A stretch of DNA of 47,759 nt from positions 1 through 47,759 of the forward strand of contig JAPUGV010000277.1 in NCBI GenBank assembly GCA_027298025.1, in the 5' to 3' direction. The position numbers and the translations under genes are program-made. The notes under the pieces were generated by a model. It did no database searches. It worked only from the letters and a program-made list of their open reading frames with translations, and was not told the origin of the DNA. Below, in pieces: positions 45,982 through 47,759 of this stretch (the first letter of the stretch is position 1; each line of letters starts with the position of its first letter). The DNA is from Chloroflexota bacterium. Its GTDB lineage: Bacteria > Chloroflexota > Anaerolineae > Anaerolineales > E44-bin32.

Positions 45982-45990
45982 AGTCTACCA
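45982..45990 (-). promoter_or_regulatory. extended -10 TGgTAGACT, leaderless pgeF
   Basis: 6 nt between the hexamer and ATG 45975. Confidence 0.65.
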
Positions 45991-46055
45991 CTCCGCCTGG
46001 ACATCCCTCAGCTGCGCAGTATGGCGTTATGGCTATACGCAAGCCAGGCCGTATC

Positions 46056-47045
46056 TTATTTGGAAGGCTCGGAGATATGCTTTGCGCGTTGCTCGGCTAC
46101 GGCAAGCTTCGTGGAGGTGGTCTTATTCGTGTCTATCATGGCCTGATCCACATGAGGGTAGGCCATCCACACGTTCATGGCTCCGAACAGGAAGCCGGTC
46201 GCGGTACGCAGCAGCGGTGGGCTCTCGCGGGGAGGGAAGGGGAAGAAACCGAGCTGTGAGATCAGCTGCGTTCCGCCGTCGAGCGCGATGGGGACGATCC
46301 CCAGCAGAAACCAGAACTTGAGGGGGAGTGGCTTGACGCTTCGGCGATTGCGAATGATTCCATACACAAGCCCCGCGATCAGGATCCCGACGTAAATTCC
46401 GATGTCTCGCTCGCACAGCGCGGTCTTGTATCCAACGGTCTCGTCTCCCACGTACCGCCGGGCAGCAATGACGTCCTGCTCATCCTTACCGGTGGCCTCG
46501 CCATAGGACACAAGATCCGTGCCTGCCAATTCGCGGGGATATACGACCTGCGGCCCGTACAAGAAGAAGGACCGGAACGCGAATTGATGGCAGAATGGCG
46601 AATACAGTGTATAGATGACCCGCGCCGGGCCAGTGGCGCCCACTTTCATCAGCGTAGGCGCCAGGAAGGGCAGCCCAGCATATAGAAAGACAATGAGTGA
46701 GAACGCCGCCAGCCAGTGGCGTGTGAAAAATCGAACCCCGCGATTCAGCCGAATGCCCCAGGCCTCGCTGGTGACCGCTCCAGCAGCCTCAGTCCGACTG
46801 GCTGAGTCCCTCGCCGCACCCAGCGCCACCTGGAGTTCGACCTCAGAGAAAGGGGAATTCAGCGTATAGGATCCGACTTCTACAACCGGTACGCGATCCC
46901 CGTACCTTTCCCGCAGCGCGGCATCCGCCGAGACGTCGATCTCGAGCAGCTCATGGGGAATCTGCTCTTGAAGTGAATTCAAGGCCGAGCGCACATCGTC
47001 GGCGTCACCCGTCTGATCAAGATAGTAGAGGGTGACCTGGATCAT
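46056..47045 (-). CDS. glutaredoxin-like (DUF836-type) domain fused to DUF2085 membrane domain
   Basis: N-terminal EIDV...RYGDRVPVV thioredoxin-fold; membrane part with CHQ..RSF, CERD.GIY, DG.TQ and RxxTG. Confidence 0.78.
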   Translation of the reverse strand: MIQVTLYYLDQTGDADDVRSALNSLQEQIPHELLEIDVSADAALRERYGDRVPVVEVGSYTLNSPFSEVELQVALGAARDSASRTEAAGAVTSEAWGIRLNRGVRFFTRHWLAAFSLIVFLYAGLPFLAPTLMKVGATGPARVIYTLYSPFCHQFAFRSFFLYGPQVVYPRELAGTDLVSYGEATGKDEQDVIAARRYVGDETVGYKTALCERDIGIYVGILIAGLVYGIIRNRRSVKPLPLKFWFLLGIVPIALDGGTQLISQLGFFPFPPRESPPLLRTATGFLFGAMNVWMAYPHVDQAMIDTNKTTSTKLAVAEQRAKHISEPSK

Positions 47046-47641
47046 TGACTCAGTTCAACGCTCTCTAGGTATCCGCCAAGTTGGGATTCTGTCAACACGC
47101 CTATGTGGTAGGCCTGGATACGACCCTCCCGATCCAGAACAACGGTAGTGGGATAGCCACGTACCTTATACAGGTGCTGGATTTTGCCTCCCGGATCGAG
47201 CAGAAGCGGAAAGCTGAGACCCAGTTCCTCGCCGAAAGCAGCCACAAGTTCAGCGGATTCGTCAAAGTCGATCCCGAGCACCACAAAGCCCTGATCCCTG
47301 AACGATTCGAAAGCCGATTCCAACAGGGGCATTTCGGTTCTGCAGGGCGCGCACCACGTCGCCCAGAAATTAAGCAGTACGACATCCCCCCGGTAGTCCT
47401 TGAGCCCAACCGGCGTTCCGTCTGCGGCTTCCAGATCGAAATCTGGCGCCGGGCCACCGGTCTCCAGGCCGGCCAAGGCGATCTGAGGTGGCCCCGCAGT
47501 AGGCAGGGGCTGGGAATCGATGGGCGTGGAGGGCACGCCGAAAAACACAAAATACCCGATAGCGGCGCCGATAAGCACGCCCACTAAGAGTGCCAACCAA
47601 GGCTGGTAAGACCGATCCGATCCGGGCTCCCGATTAAGCAC
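47042..47641 (-). CDS. membrane-anchored TlpA/ResA-type thiol-disulfide oxidoreductase
   Basis: TM helix, APDF, LNFWATWCAPCRTEMP and YPTT; ATGA overlap with the next gene. Confidence 0.92.
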   Translation of the reverse strand: MLNREPGSDRSYQPWLALLVGVLIGAAIGYFVFFGVPSTPIDSQPLPTAGPPQIALAGLETGGPAPDFDLEAADGTPVGLKDYRGDVVLLNFWATWCAPCRTEMPLLESAFESFRDQGFVVLGIDFDESAELVAAFGEELGLSFPLLLDPGGKIQHLYKVRGYPTTVVLDREGRIQAYHIGVLTESQLGGYLESVELSQ

Positions 47642-47759
47642 AATACGCCCCGCGGGCGTAACTCAATCATTTCAAGCGCAACGACGGCTGGATACACTTC
47701 CACGATCACGCGCGTGCCCGGATGCGGCCACTGCACTGTCAGATCGCCCGGTCGATAGT

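Noticed and set aside
47642-47759. Possible 3' end of an upstream minus-strand gene, and hairpin TACGCCC/GGGCGTA (47644-47660)
   Set aside because: Frame cannot be chosen from about 120 nt at the window edge; the hairpin has no clear U-tract.
1-47759. CRISPR array, IS elements, prophage, rRNA
   Set aside because: No spaced direct repeats, transposase, integrase or phage-like ORFs seen, and intergenic gaps are all under about 220 nt.

Overview
A gene-dense, GC-rich bacterial chromosome segment, most consistent with Chloroflexota (Anaerolineae-like); this is inferred from gene order and protein styles, not from a search. Left half is core genome: partial tilS, mreBCD-mrdA-minCDE-rodA, gltX, tRNA-Gln(CTG), frameshifted prfB, secG-SBP-mini-S1, rpsF-rpsR-PPIase and rel plus a small Cys/acidic protein, pgm-tatD-polyprenyl synthase-upp, yvcK-gap-pgk, a Ser/Thr kinase, a lone sugar ABC ATPase and apgM. 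The right half holds the less explained material: (1) a tightly coupled seven-gene envelope-modification operon (29811-40669, minus strand) with five GT-C-like membrane proteins in A-B-A-B-C order, a membrane-fused SAM-dependent transferase and a Lit-like transacylase; (2) a zinc-ribbon gene coupled to a membrane-anchored NACHT-like/HEAT protein with an altered Walker A; (3) a pgeF-yggS-yggT-yggU cluster; (4) a TlpA thioredoxin coupled to a Cys-less glutaredoxin-DUF2085 fusion. Several genes look leaderless and two probably start at non-canonical codons (CTG, ATT). No mobile elements, CRISPR arrays or rRNA were seen. All family calls come from motif recognition by eye.
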